Positions 22,408 through 35,453 are shown, counted from the first letter of the whole stretch. The stretch: 61,631 nt of DNA, filler included, from Perkinsus olseni (GCA_013115125.1; 6 parts of 6 records of this genome joined end to end with filler, not necessarily neighbours in it); one strand, 5' to 3'. Notes: a model not told the origin generated them from the sequence alone. Numbers and translations are program-made.

Positions 22408-24120
22408 GTGATGAGCATTGAGGAGGCGGAGCGAAGATTGGATCGACTCCGGAGAGAAAATCAATTCCTGCAAAGGCAGCTGGGGATCTTGTTGGCGGTT
22501 AAGGCCGTGAAAGGTCTTCAGTCGCTCACACAACAGAAATACGAGGAGAATAACTTGAGTAAAATGGTGACGCTGCTGACTGGAGCGATTCAGCAACAAG
22601 GAGTCCCGAAGAGAGGTATGCAAGTAGATGGCCGGAATGCTGACCTGAAGCTGGAGGTGGTGGGAGAACGTGGAGAGGATCTGAGCAGATCTGGATCTAG
22701 GCCTGTTGATGACAGCTCAGACCACGGGAGAAATGGGCAAGCTAAGAAAAAGAATGAGGAGAAGAAACACTCCAGCAGAGCGAAAAGGGCAAAGAACGAA
22801 GAGCGTGCAGTCAAAGACAGACGGGAGGACGGAAGATCTATGAGAAGCGGGTCTGAGGAGACTGGCGAAAGAAGGAAAGGAAAATCGGGGAAGAGGAAAA
22901 GCTCATCAAGGAGCACATCCCGAGGGAACGACAAAGAAGAGAGGGAGAAAGAGTTGACGGAGAAGAGGTCAGCTAGAGGTAGGTCCAAAGCAGTTGATGA
23001 TGGAGAGAGGAAGAAATATAGGAGAGTGAAGAAATCGGAGAGGAGCAGTTCTAAAGAGACTGATAACGGTAAGAAAGGAAGATCCGGTAGGGAGAAGAGA
23101 CCAGCCAGGAGCCGATCGGAAGAGGCTGATGATGGTAAAAGGGAGAGATCTTCGAGAGAGAAGAGGGCAGCGAGGAGCAAGTCCAAAGGGGCTGATGATG
23201 GTGAAGAGCAGAGATCTTCGAGAGAGAAAAGGTCAGCGAGGAGAGAGAATAACGAAGTTGCGATGAAAACAAGCGAGACGAAAGGAAAAGCAGGGAGCGA
23301 CCAGAAGGATAATGTACGCTCGAGAGGTGGGCGCTCTGGCGGATCTAGCGACGCGAAGGCAAATAAGAGTGAGAGAGGTATGAGGAGGGAGAAAAAAGGG
23401 CACGAGAAAGAAAAGATGAGGAAAGGTCACTCGAGGGAGAGGCAGAAGCACAGAACACGATCAAAGGAAAGCAAACAGAGGGGAAACCAGGGCGATGGGC
23501 AAAAAAACACGAGTGGACCGGCAGACGAGCCTAAAGCGCATTCAAAGGACAGGAGGAAGGGAGATCGGAGCGATAGAGACAGAGCTCCAGAAAGGGAGCA
23601 CCGCAGAAAAGAGGGGAAACGGAAGAAGGAGAGGAGATACAAAGATAAGATTACTGGTGATGCTGCGAGATCCGACGGGTCTGAGGGGCCGGGCAAGGCA
23701 GTAGAGCACACAGCTGGTAATGGAGACGCTTCTGAGCAAACCATTGCTGATAAACTGGTTGACCTCACCTCGTCAATACTGGCAAGCACACGACCATTGC
23801 TAGAGCCAACAGGGCCGGCCCGACCAACTGCCCTTACACAGGGGAATGCCCCACCTGCGATCACGACTGTAACACAACAAGGGACATACCAGACGGGAGA
23901 GGCCCCTCCTCCGAGCACAGCAGCCAATCACAGAGCACACGCTCCCCCTCCACCTCCTCGGGAACTAGAGCGACATGACCTACCTCGAATGCCCAGCCTT
24001 CCACCGTTCAAACCCGGCGACTTCGCCATGTGGAAGGAAACGGAGGCCCGAAAGGCTATGGCAAGAGCCAGAGCCCTGGCTAAGAAGAAGAGTAGAGAGG
24101 ACGACTCAGACTCGGATTGA
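22408..24120 (+). CDS. Highly charged K/R/E/S-rich protein with 22-aa repeats
   Basis: Uninterrupted 570-aa purine-rich ORF with an N-terminal coiled coil, EKRxARxRSxxADDG repeats and a Pro-rich tail. Confidence 0.6.
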   Translation: MMSIEEAERRLDRLRRENQFLQRQLGILLAVKAVKGLQSLTQQKYEENNLSKMVTLLTGAIQQQGVPKRGMQVDGRNADLKLEVVGERGEDLSRSGSRPVDDSSDHGRNGQAKKKNEEKKHSSRAKRAKNEERAVKDRREDGRSMRSGSEETGERRKGKSGKRKSSSRSTSRGNDKEEREKELTEKRSARGRSKAVDDGERKKYRRVKKSERSSSKETDNGKKGRSGREKRPARSRSEEADDGKRERSSREKRAARSKSKGADDGEEQRSSREKRSARRENNEVAMKTSETKGKAGSDQKDNVRSRGGRSGGSSDAKANKSERGMRREKKGHEKEKMRKGHSRERQKHRTRSKESKQRGNQGDGQKNTSGPADEPKAHSKDRRKGDRSDRDRAPEREHRRKEGKRKKERRYKDKITGDAARSDGSEGPGKAVEHTAGNGDASEQTIADKLVDLTSSILASTRPLLEPTGPARPTALTQGNAPPAITTVTQQGTYQTGEAPPPSTAANHRAHAPPPPPRELERHDLPRMPSLPPFKPGDFAMWKETEARKAMARARALAKKKSREDDSDSD

Positions 24121-24530
24121 CGGGTATTGTAATCATGCATCATTGAAGTTTTACGGGTCTTGCGTTCAACTGGGCTGATCTTGAGGGACGGGGCAGCTGC
24201 CAAGCCAATTCTGTCTATGAGTACCCTTGAGAATGGCTGGCCCGTGGGTGCGGCACCCAGGGTGCCTCTCGAGCAAGTTGTGGTTGCGCCAAGTTTACAA
24301 CAGGGGAAAAACCATATTTCTAAAGAAAGTTGCCATTTTCTAAAGAAGTTTCTCGCTCGCCCGGGAGAGGATTAGGACTACGCTTTTGACTCTCGGATAA
24401 CCTATGACATATAACCCTAGGCCTTCGGGTTTGAGGTGATGGTCGCCCGGAGGGCGACCTGAGTCGGGTTTCGGGTTGACGGGGGTTACGGTCAGTACTC
24501 CACTAGGTCTTTTTCTCTTTAGTTTTTCTC

Positions 24531-24590
24531 CTTCTTTAGATTTTCGCCCTCTTGCTTAGATTTTCGCCCTTTCGCTTAGATTTTCACCGT
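24531..24590 (+). repeat. Three 20-bp tandem repeats (core CTTAGATTTTCGCCCT)
   Basis: cttctttagattttcgccct / cttgcttagattttcgccct / ttcgcttagattttcaccgt. Confidence 0.85.
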
Positions 24591-24710
24591 CTACCTTTAC
24601 AACAGTGCTCCGTTGAGGAAATACGGGTATTGCAAGATTTGCCAGATTGGTTTTTCCTCTTCGCTGGTGTTGCCTTCCATCGTCGCGATCGAAGCGATTT
24701 TATCCATCCC

Positions 24711-27051
24711 ATGTCCCGGGCCATCCTACAAGTATTCGAAGAATACCAGCAGTCTCGAGTAACGTTCGTCCAGACCGTGGCTGAGTTGGCCAATCGACCT
24801 CAGAACATCGATACCCTACAGAATGCAGGTGGAAAGATACCTCTACCACTCTCGTCGCGGTGTAAGCATCTTTGCAGGTGTTATGGCCTTACTGAGACCA
24901 CTGCTCCTCGACAACGTGGCTTCGATTCAACAGAGTGCTGCTCTGGCTCTTGGACGTAAGTAGCTGTAGTCGTTTGCTGCCGAACGGCGCCTTGCCAGGC
25001 CTGGCCAATCATTCGGACGAACTTGCTGAGTCCGTTGTGACCCATGAGATACTGCCCCAGTTGGTCCACGGGTTGGGACAGCAGAACAGGTGCAACGCCC
25101 CGTTAACGAACCATTCCGTTACATACTAGGATGGTGATTAGATTCTTTAAGAAGGCAGCTGCCTTCGTGCTAAGGGCCGTCGCCAAGCATTCACCTCAAT
25201 TGGCCCAAGCCGTGGTGGATTCAGGTAGGCCGCTTCTTCTCTCTCGTACCCCGGCCCCATCGTGCTCGCAGGTGCTCTCGAGTCTTTGGTAGAGTGTCTA
25301 GAAGACTTCGATCCTTCAGTGAAGGAAGCCTCGGCGTGGGCTCTGGGGTACCGCCGTACGGGTTCACAGAGGACTTTCGTATACCCTACTCCGAATCAGA
25401 TACATAGCCCGTCATACTAAGGAGCTTGCCTTGGCAGTTGTCGACGCCGGAGCTGTTCCCCTGCTGGTACTATCTGTTACGACCTAGCTTTGAGCTTGGA
25501 TACGCCTTGGAAGGTTCTATGTTTCCAAGAGCCAGAGTTGACGTTGAAGAGAATGTCAGCGAGTGCCCTGGCGGACATAGCCAAGCACACTCCTGAGCTG
25601 GCTCAAACGGTGATAGTGACGGGTATGAGGACTCGATTCACGTGGCATGTTTTCAGGTCGTTGATGCTGGTGGGGTATCATTGATCGCCCGTGAACTGGG
25701 CCATGCTGATAGCGGCCTCAAACGACAGGTGTGCTCCTGCCTGGGACAGGTTGCCAAGCACAATGTGGATCTAGCTGAGGTCATAATTAGCACGCTTACC
25801 GAGAGTGACTGAGACAGTTCAGGTTGTCGTAGAGGCTGAGGTATTCCCAAGAATCCTCCATTGCCTTAAGGATGTTAACGAGCATGTAAAGCCTGAGCGT
25901 ACTTGCTGTAGCCCCTCTACTGCTGGTCGCAGGTCCGGAAGAATGCTGCTACGTGTATTCGCGAGATAGCCAGGCATACTCCTGATCTTGCTAAGGTGAG
26001 TAGAACCAGAAGCGTGATATTACTCGAGATGAATATCGTAGTTAATCGTGAATGCTGGTGGAGTGGCGGCAGTTGTCGACTATATCACAGAAGCTCGTGG
26101 GAACAATAGGCTGCCTGGCATCATGAGCCTTGGGTACGGAACTGGGGCTCACCGCGATCGCCCAATTGTGTATTCGTAGGTTCATCGCAGCTTTCAGCGA
26201 GACGCTAGCTCTGGCAGTTATCGTCTCTAAGGGCATCCCTCCCTTGAAGGATGGTAGGGTGTGCATGGGGGTGGGCTGATGTATTTTTTTGTTCCCAGCC
26301 CTTATCAACGAACCGGAGGATCACCTCAAGGCAGCGAGTGCTTGGTAGTGCCTCCCTCAACTGGCTTCCCTCCAAGTAGAAGCCTCAGGTCGCTAGGGCA
26401 GATCGGTCGTCATGGCCCTGATCACTCGAGGGCCCTTGCTGAGGCTGATGTACTCAGACGGTGAGTTCTTCCGTCCCCACCATCCATGGGGATCCGCATG
26501 CCTGTGTAGGCTACTGGCCGTATATCTGCACCAAGATTCTTCGGAAGATCTTAAGACTAAGGCCAAGCGTGCCTTGAAGAGTGTCATTCAAAAATGCACT
26601 CACCTGCCGGCATTGGAGCCCCTCCTACAGGTAGCGGCGGCTGGCTATTATACGGTCCTCTAGGACTCGACCTCGTGTAGGAGGCCCCTCCAAACATCCA
26701 GAAGTATGTCGTGCATCAGTTCGCCAAGGTCCTGCCAAATGATCAGCAGGCAAGGCGGAGCTTCGTCCAGTCTGGAGGGTTACAGAAAGTGCTGCTACGT
26801 CTAGCTCCGCTAGGGTTGTATCATTCGCTGCGGCCTCAGGTTCAGGAGATTAACGCTGAAGTAGGATCCCAGTTGAGGGACTACATCGACCAAGTGAACC
26901 AGATGTGAGGATGGTCGCTTTGGGTGTAGCCTCTCGTACCATGTCTTGTTGTTGCAGGTATCCTCCAGAGATTGTTAATTATTATTCTCCCAGCTATCCA
27001 GAGCAGCTACTACGTAAATTGGAAGACTACACGCCTGCTGCTGCATCGTAA
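24711..27051 (+). CDS. PF16: Axonemal central apparatus armadillo protein PF16/SPAG6, multi-exon
   Basis: MSRAILQVFEEYQQSRVTFVQTVAELANRPQNIDTLQNAG, FFKKAAAFVLRAVAKHSPQLAQAVVDSG, SSEDLKTKAKRALK, QFAKVLPND..ARRSFVQSGGLQK and YPPEIVNYYSPSY. Confidence 0.95.
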
Positions 27052-27262
27052 TTAGGGTTGGTATCAGCATGCTGCTCCTCCTCTTCATGCTGCTACTCAA
27101 TTGTGACGTTCACAGTGCCGTTTGTCTTGAGTTGAGTTGGCCGGCAATGGTGATAGATTGGTCGTCATGGCCAATCTCCTACATTGCCATGTCTGTGGAA
27201 TGACCGATTCAGGCTTCATCCAGGCTCTTATTGTTGTTGATAGTAGTTGTTAGTATTTTATT

Positions 27263-29117
27263 ATGGGAGCATATCGTTCCAAGCCGCAAACCGATAAGGA
27301 GCTGGACGACGGCTTCGATCCACGGATCGCCTACGGCAGTGCCGCGATGCAAGGTATTAGTACTCTAGTCACTGCTGGTCTGTTGACGGAAGGCTGTGCT
27401 CAGGTTGGCGGTCGACGATGGAAGACGCGCACGTCCACCAGCTGGCATTTGACGGGAAAGATAACGAAGGACTGTTTGCAGTTTTCGACGGGCATGGGGG
27501 CAAGGAAGTTGCCCTGTTCTGCGCTGTACTAGTCTAGCCGGGAAGGCTCGCTGTCGTCGTTTTCGCGGCCCTGGTTCGAATCTCGGATCGCGCTGTTTTC
27601 AGCGGCATTTTCCCAAGTGCATATCCTCTCTAGAGGATTATCAAAGAGGCGACGTCAAGGAGGCAATGAGGAAGGCCTACCTCAAACTCGACGAGATGAT
27701 GGAATCTTCCGACTACCGGGAAGAGCTTATCGAGCTTATACGGTAGAGCATATCCGCTGTGTTAGTAGTTCCCTACTAGGTTCTCAGGCATGGGGATGGT
27801 CCTTCGAGTAATGACTCTTGTGAGGAGGGAGGGGAGGCAAGGAAAGGATGTGACCAGAAGGTGCCTATGCACGATCTTACCCAAGCCGGGTGTAGGGCGA
27901 CTACTGTTACTTTATCGATCGTCATGCCTGGGCTCAGGTACTGCCGCTGCATGCCACGTCGTGTACAATAAGGCGATAACGATAGCAAACGCGGGAGACT
28001 CGAGAGTAGTCCTTTGTAGAGGTACTAGTATCCAGGGGAATGGGAATCGCAGTTCTTGCTGCTGCGCAGGTAACAAGGCTGGCACCAAAGCTGTGCCGTT
28101 AACGGAAGATCACAAGCCTGATCTTGAAGAAGAGGCCGAACGTAACCTTCACCGCCGCACGACTGTTGTCGACTATCATCCGCGTTGCAGGTATTCATAA
28201 TGCAGGAGGTATTGTTATGCAAGGCCGAGTGAATGGCAACCTCAACCTCACTCGTGCCATTGGGGATTTGGGGTAGCATTATCAGTGGTCGTAGCATCAC
28301 GCACTTTTCATTGCATTACAGCTACAAACAAGATCGTATGTTGAAGCCTGAGGAACAGATGATTACTGCCAATCCAGATGTATCCACGATACCGATAACA
28401 GATGAGGACCAATTCTTGGTAGGACATGTGTTTTTGTGACGTACCAGCATCCACTTCAAGATACTGGGCTGTGATGGCATTTGGGAGATCCTGGACACTG
28501 AGGGAGTTGTTGATTATGTAGTTGGGACTCAGGCTGCATCGCTTACCGAGTGCCCATTGTCAGGTCCAGCCATTAGTTCGGAGAGCCAGGCTGCTCCGAA
28601 AGGAAGGTCATGCTAGCGATGATGACGCGAAGTTGAGCACTGTAGGGAACTGGTTTCCTCTTACTCACTGGCCATGCCTCCTGTCGAGGGATATCATCGA
28701 GGAACGACTACTACCTGGCTTAGGTCACCTCCCAACTTTTGGACGCAGTGTTAAGTCCGAATGTGTCCGACAGCTACGGACTCGGTTGTGACAATATGAG
28801 CTGTGTGAGTGTTATTACCCGGGTTTGAACCTGCACAGGTTGTATGACTCCGGCTGTCTCTAGATAATTGTCGATCTGCGCCCTACTGATCCGGATTCCC
28901 TTCCTGACACTCCGCTGCCGGAGCCCAAGTCCCCAGTGGCGGCCTCTGAGGAGTCGGGACAGAACCTGGGCGGTCTTCCATTTGAGGAGACTCGTGAGAG
29001 TCATCATCCAGTAAGAGCCCGCCCAGGAACCTTCGAGGACCCTCTGTCATTTTGTAGGGTGAAGAAACTAAGAAAGAGAATAAACACAGTAGAGTAGAAA
29101 CGGTAAGCATTCGCTGA
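27263..29117 (+). CDS. Protein phosphatase 2C (PPM family), multi-exon
   Basis: MGAYRSKP, AMQG/WRSTMEDAH, FAVFDGHGG, ANAGDSR, DHKP, RVNGNLNLTRAIGD, LGCDGIWE and GCDNM. The 3' end is approximate. Confidence 0.92.
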
Positions 29118-29164
29118 GGGCGCTTATCTGGTCATACTGGCGATTTTGTCAGGTTGCTGATGTG

Positions 29165-29740
29165 ATCTCGAAGATTTCATCGTAGTCAGCTTTAGACAGC
29201 AGCTATACGATTGAGTATCTTCTCTTTTGTCCTCATCGTTATCAGTCTGCAGTAATTCAATCATTAGTAACGTTGCCTACTTTTCTTCTTTTCTTCCCTG
29301 ATGTTGTTCACAGCAGTTCCCTCGTGATTGATGCGAGCATCGTTGTCTGTCTATGCCCGGTGGCTGCTGATGTCAGTGGTGAGGGTGTCACCGATTGTTC
29401 ATTCAACCTGCCTAGCAGCATCATCCTCCGCGCTTGCTGTTGTTCATTGTCATTATATTAACACATAGTTGATGAACCTTAACGATACCGAGTGATGATA
29501 CCGTTGCCTTTCTACCTCCATCTCATTGTACATAATAATTCCCTAGCCTTTGCTTAGAGCCCAAAGGCTGTATCCGACGAGTACTTGGCTTGTATTGGCA
29601 TCATCGTCGTCGTGGTCGTCGACGTAGCAACTGTGGCAGTATCGTCGTGACTATGCCGTAGATACCGCAGTCTAGTTGTACCACTACGCTCCCTCCGAGG
29701 AGAAGTAATTTGTCGTCCTATGTCTGAGCAAGCATGGTGA
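29165..29740 (-). CDS. Hypothetical multi-exon protein
   Basis: Coding-like minus-strand pieces (e.g. EVERQRYHHSVSLRFINY, NEQQQARRMMLLGRL) separated by short introns. Confidence 0.25.
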
Positions 29741-30440
29741 GCAAGATGTTGATGCTGAAAGCAAGTCCTGGATTATTCAAGAAAGAGGTCCAACGTGAAA
29801 GCTGATACTCGTCTGTGTGAACAGTAGAAACCTTTCAATCTTCAGTGCAGCTTCTGTGATGGTGGGAGTGGTTCTTGTGTTCGAAGACTAGTCGACTCAG
29901 TTGTCGGGCAGAAGACCTCGGACGAGGAACCATGGGGTTCTTCTGGTTGCCATAGATTTGAGGGCATTACCGGTATTAATACTGGAAGATCAGACACGAC
30001 CATTGTTATGCCTCTGAGTTGCTACAGAATGGGGACAGCGCGCGTGATGAAAGATCACACAGGAAAGGGGACGGTGACACAACACAATAGCTATCCGAGA
30101 CTTGAAGCAACGGAGTGATCGCGCCGAGCACAATTATAGACAAGACTTGTGTGTACATAGAGAGAAGCCGAGTGTTACTAGTATGTGATCAATTAGCATA
30201 CTAGGCGTAGCTGCCGGCCGATTGCCAGCGATCCGGAGGATCAGCTCATAAAAGATGGTTCAGATAGGCTAGTAATAGATTGATTTTCATCGTGAGGAGG
30301 TAGTCGATTCCTCTGCCCTCCTCTGCCCACGTGTTGGGGATTGGCTGACATAGCAGAGCACATAGTTTGGAATAGGTGTACTGTAATTAGTGATAGTGAT
30401 CAGATCTGGTTGCTCAGCCCTATTGCTCTTTCCGAGAGAG

Positions 30441-30891
30441 ATGTTTTCCATCGTCACAACCAGTGCCCTGTTTCTATCGTGTATATTGTTGGAAAGAGCT
30501 GGAGCTTCTTCTCAGCTCCGAGGCTTGAGCTCTCCTTGCCTCTCGACAGGAGATGTCTTCTGCCAAGAGCCGCAAGTTGAAGGGCCTGGTTCCTACTGCT
30601 CCACCAACTCTCATGTATGCCACGGCGGGGTCATCCCTTGTAACTGCGTTGACTCTAGCAGTGAGCAGTTATCACACTATATGGCTGGTGGTAGCCCCAG
30701 TGTTGTTACTACGACCTCTTCTTCCCCAAGGGAAACTACTCAAATGCGGCCGACAAGCGAACCTACTAGCTGTCTTACGACGGGTGACGAATTCTGTCAA
30801 GACGCTCGGGTACAGGACGCGGCATCTTACTGTATGGGCAACTCTCATGTGTGCCATGGTGGTTCGATCTCTTGTAGTTGCGCCATACCGG
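30441..30891 (+). CDS. Secreted protein with tandem 6-Cys modules, truncated by the gap
   Basis: A signal peptide is followed by two copies of CLxTGDxFCQ..V....SYC..NSHVCHGG.I.C.C, joined by an S/T/P linker. Confidence 0.75.
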
Positions 30892-30991
30892 NNNNNNNNN
30901 NNNNNNNNNNNNNNNNNNNNNNNNNNNNNNNNNNNTTAATTAATTAANNNNNNNNNNNNNNNNNNNNNNNNNNNNNNNNNNNNNNNNNNNN
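30892..30991. other. Artificial contig spacer
   Basis: N44-TTAATTAATTAA-N44. Confidence 0.98.

Positions 30992-31064
<73 letters not shown>
30992..31064 (+). repeat. (TAA)n microsatellite at contig start
   Basis: Perfect TAA run. Confidence 0.97.
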
Positions 31065-31267
31065 CAGCAAGTTATCAGGCATACTATTACCTCTATCTCA
31101 TCTGTGAGGATGTGTAAGAATCTATCATGATTCTTAACTCTAGTACTCGATAATGCCAATGCTATATCGGCTAATTCACGTGGTGATGGCGGCGGAGTGT
31201 TCGGCAACCATGTATCACAAGCATGATCCATAACAGACCTACTCGGAATCATAGACCATGGAGTGTT

Positions 31268-31300
<33 letters not shown>

Positions 31301-32161
31301 TTGTTGTTGTTGTTGTTAGTATTACCTAATCCATTGTGGATGATCGATAGCTGATCTTGCGTAAGCTGTGAATAAGGCCAACAATACTTTAGTATTGTTT
31401 ATTGATGTAGGCCTGATAGCCTGATAATAATAGTGGTGATATTATCACCGTGATAATGGGGGGGGGATACTAGTAGTATCACTATTTCATAGGGCAATGA
31501 TGATGATGATGATATTACTTGATAAAGAGATGTCATAAATGGTTGATTGATATAAGCTAATGGTCTACTGAGGAAGTATCGCTGTGGATGGGCAGCTCCT
31601 GACAACAACAACAACAAGAGCAGCAACGATATCAATGCTACATGATGATGATTTGCCTTTATTATTATTACTGTGTATGAGTTTGGGACGTATCCTATCG
31701 AATGCTAGGAGTATTTTGATTAATTGTGTATCCGTTAAGTCAGGCAACCTTTCTTCCACTCTACTGGATACCCGTTTGAGTATATTATCATCTGATAGAA
31801 ATGATAATAATAACAACGAGGAGCATCGATAGTAGCAATAGTACCTGGTACCCTTCTACTCCTATTGGATGGATGATGATACTTATACGCGAATGGTACA
31901 GTCTCCGTTACTGCTAGTGTGAAGTCATCCATATCAATACCATCAATATCACTAATAATGAAACAACTACTCTATCATGATCATGATGTGTTTATTACCC
32001 TAATGCTACCTTAACCCTATTAGGATGCACCATGATCGGTGGCCGTCGTGGTCTTCCTGCTCTCTCTTCTTCTTCTTCTTGTTGTTGTTGTTGCTGAATA
32101 TGTAATGATGCCCCCATATCGGGTAGTTTAGCACTCCATCTCCTCCATGGCGGATGATGCA

Positions 32162-32203
<42 letters not shown>

Positions 32204-33010
32204 CATCAGTCTTACTGTAGTATCGACGATTCTGAATAATAACAATAACATTAGCACATGAATACTAACGAGGATGATTCACCAACATACTTGATTAATG
32301 TATCTATCGCCGCCGCTTCCAGTCGATGTCGATATCCCACGCTGCAATAACACACAGGATTGTATCATCATCATCACACCGCCACGAGTATCATAACAAG
32401 TAGTAGCATGGAATGGCATTTACTGAGTATGAAAATGATAATGACATGATGGTATAATATACACTCACTGTGTTTATAGCGAATCAATACATAGCTTAGG
32501 TCTCACTAGAAGAAAGTGCAACAACAACAATGATGATTCCTGATGAATGGTACTCCGACACTATTCATCACATCTCCCTGCTGATGATGATGATGGCCAT
32601 GATGAGGTTGGTGTTGATGATGATGATGTCGTGTTACACGATGATACAGATAGGTGACGATACATGGATTATCGTTGTACGTACTGGGGGCCATATTAGA
32701 GGTATTGATCAATATCTCCTGGGTGCCCATAGTAGTACCATATCTTCGACTAACTAAGTATTATACTATAGAGCAATACTGTATATCATAATTGATGTTA
32801 CATGCAGGATCATTATGATGATGATCGATGAATGATACTGTCATATGCTGTGTAAGGGGGCTATGATCCATATCTTCATGACCATAATCAGGTAACATGG
32901 TCAACAAGAGTAAGATTACCACTACCCTATACAGTTGTTGTCATCACTCGCCGCCAACGCAACAGAGTGTCATGCTAACATTATCACAAATAAAAGTATA
33001 ATGACCATCT
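31064..33010 (-). CDS. Helical-repeat (RAP/heptatricopeptide-like) protein, multi-exon
   Basis: Exons such as RVEERLPDLTDTQLIKILLAFDRI and PSPRELADIALALSS resemble organellar RNA-binding helical repeats. Weak call. Confidence 0.4.
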
Positions 33011-33382
33011 GCACGTAGTACTGCCTCCCATCATTATCATCTACTACCAGATATATCAATACCCACGACAACTGATAGCAATTGAATAATGATGATCATG
33101 ATGAATGCCCAAAGGAAGATACACTAGTCATTATTATATCATTAACCACATGCTCTCTAGTTGACTGCCTGTTACTGCTATCACTAATGCTAACAGCAGC
33201 AGCAGCACAACAATGTCCTACTCAATGATAATAATAACAACAAGAAAAGTCCTAATGAGCACCATCATAAGATACTTATCGCATAATGAACGGAAACAAA
33301 ACTTCATCTTCTTCGTCTTCTTCAATTGATAAAAATAGTGTAGCCGTGTGTCGACTGTTGTTGTGATTATGCATGGATAGTA

Positions 33383-33742
33383 TTATATACCCTGTTGCTT
33401 CTTGACGAAGGCAATAAGGTCAGCTCTTTCCTTCTCTTTCTTCATACCAGCAAATACCATTCTCGTACCGGGTAAATACTTCTTAGGGTTGACCAGGTAG
33501 AGGAATAGATGTTCAGGAGACCAGGTAATACCAGAGTTCTTATTAGCAGCAGAATAATCAAAATTGGCCACAGTACCAGCATCACGTCCAAATAGACCAT
33601 GTAGAGGGGGGCCTTGTTTACCAGCACCACCCTCTTCACATGTATGGCATTGGGCGCACTTTGCTTTGAATATCTTAGCACCACGTTTAGCAGAACCATC
33701 AGGTACAGTAACCTCGGGATTAGGTCGTGCAGGGGTCGACAT
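33383..33742 (-). CDS. CYC: Mitochondrial cytochrome c
   Basis: [14 protein letters not shown] (CxxCH), [12 protein letters not shown] and [15 protein letters not shown]. Intronless, 119 aa. Confidence 0.97.
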   Translation of the reverse strand: MSTPARPNPEVTVPDGSAKRGAKIFKAKCAQCHTCEEGGAGKQGPPLHGLFGRDAGTVANFDYSAANKNSGITWSPEHLFLYLVNPKKYLPGTRMVFAGMKKEKERADLIAFVKKQQGI

Positions 33743-34037
33743 TATAGTGGAAGGAGAAGAACGAGTGGGGTGAAAAAACTAAGGGGATGGGCACGAGACG
33801 GGAATGATGACACTAACAATGAACAAAAACAAACAGGATTTATGGCGAGCGAGATATTCTTGGTGGTGGTAGTAGTGAGCACATCGATATGCGCTCGCCC
33901 CTTTTGGGCGAGCGGGAACAGCAATTAAAGTAGCAGTAGCAGTAGTAACAGTAGTAGGATCATCAGAATTGGTTAGACAATAATAAAGTAAAGTAGTAAA
34001 GTAATAAAGTATAATAAAGTAGTAGCTTGCCATCGAG

Positions 34038-35401
34038 TCATCTAGATGGTGATGCTAGACGTTGAATGACGTTTTGGATAACTTGAGCCCCTTTAACGAG
34101 GTTCAATATTGGTATCTGATAATGAGTATTGGCACCTCTCCTCCTCCTCCTTCTTGTTATTACACTCTCTCCTTCCTCATGTGGCATATCTTTTGGGGTT
34201 GCTAATGGTATCTGTACTGTCGGGGAATGTAATATATCTTGTAATAATGATAGAACAGCCATAGATCCACCTTCTCTAACAAGTAACACCTGATGACCGA
34301 TACTAGTACCACTAGTACTACTAGTAGTAGTATGATGATGATGACATGAATAGTGAACATACTTACCTCATCGTCATTATCTAATCCCCATGCTTCCTTT
34401 ACTGCATTCCGAGTATAATTCAGCAGCCTCAAACTACCTCCAACCATATCATCACTACCATACCATTCCTCCCCCTGATCGTCTCTTGATGAAGCCGCTG
34501 CTGCTGATGTTGTATGTTCCGACTCCCAATAATTCCAACAACTAGTAGTCTTGATGGTAACATGATTACGTGAGCGGCGCTGGAGAATAGTGAGTCGACT
34601 ACAACAGTAGTAGTATGGTGGTGGTCAATACCTTCATGAATTCGTGTTTGATGTGCTTATCAATAAGATTGATCAGCCTTCGAGCATCCTGGTTAGGAAC
34701 AAAACGTATCTACATACGAAGACAGCATGTCGTCGTCGTTCTTCTTCTTGTTGTTGTTGTTGATGATAATTACACTAATATTAGCTGTAGCTGATTGTGG
34801 TATGATCCTTGCATGAGCACAGTGACCATTACCCCCACTACCATCAGGGGATGTTATCCCAGTAGATACATCCAGTACGGATAGTGATGGTAATAACCAA
34901 GTTCCTAAGTTGTCCAGTAATGATGATATGGATGATTACCGATATGGAGTATTACGTTTGAGCCTATCAACAGTGTCATGATAATAATTACCTCCATCCT
35001 CCTCCTGGACCTTTCCAAGGCGGCAAGTACTACCTGAATGCCGCTATCGAACATCGCAACCATTACTACTAGTAATAGTACTGTTCTTATTGTTATGGTA
35101 TTCATTATTAATGGCGATTGCTGCAGCAGTAATGGCGTCATCATCACGACGTTGAGTAGGGGCTCGAACCTTATTTAACTCTATCCATCATCATCGCCAT
35201 CGCCCCATTATTACATCATCGTAGAATGATGGTATGCATATAAGACCACGAGGATCAACTAAGCTCTGACATAAGCTCATGAGGTCCAGTAGAGGTTCCG
35301 ATGCAACACCACCATGAATACCTAATAGAGAAGGATTAGTCATACCATCATCAGTAGAAGCAGGGTAATTACCGCTTGGTAATCCTCTGGACATGATGCT
35401 G

Positions 35402-35453
<52 letters not shown>

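Noticed and set aside
22590-23927. Long antisense ORFs rich in S/L/F/P
   Set aside because: Shadow frames of the purine-rich 570-aa ORF.
24531-24590. Possible CRISPR-like array
   Set aside because: Head-to-tail repeats with no spacers, no cas genes, and a eukaryotic context.
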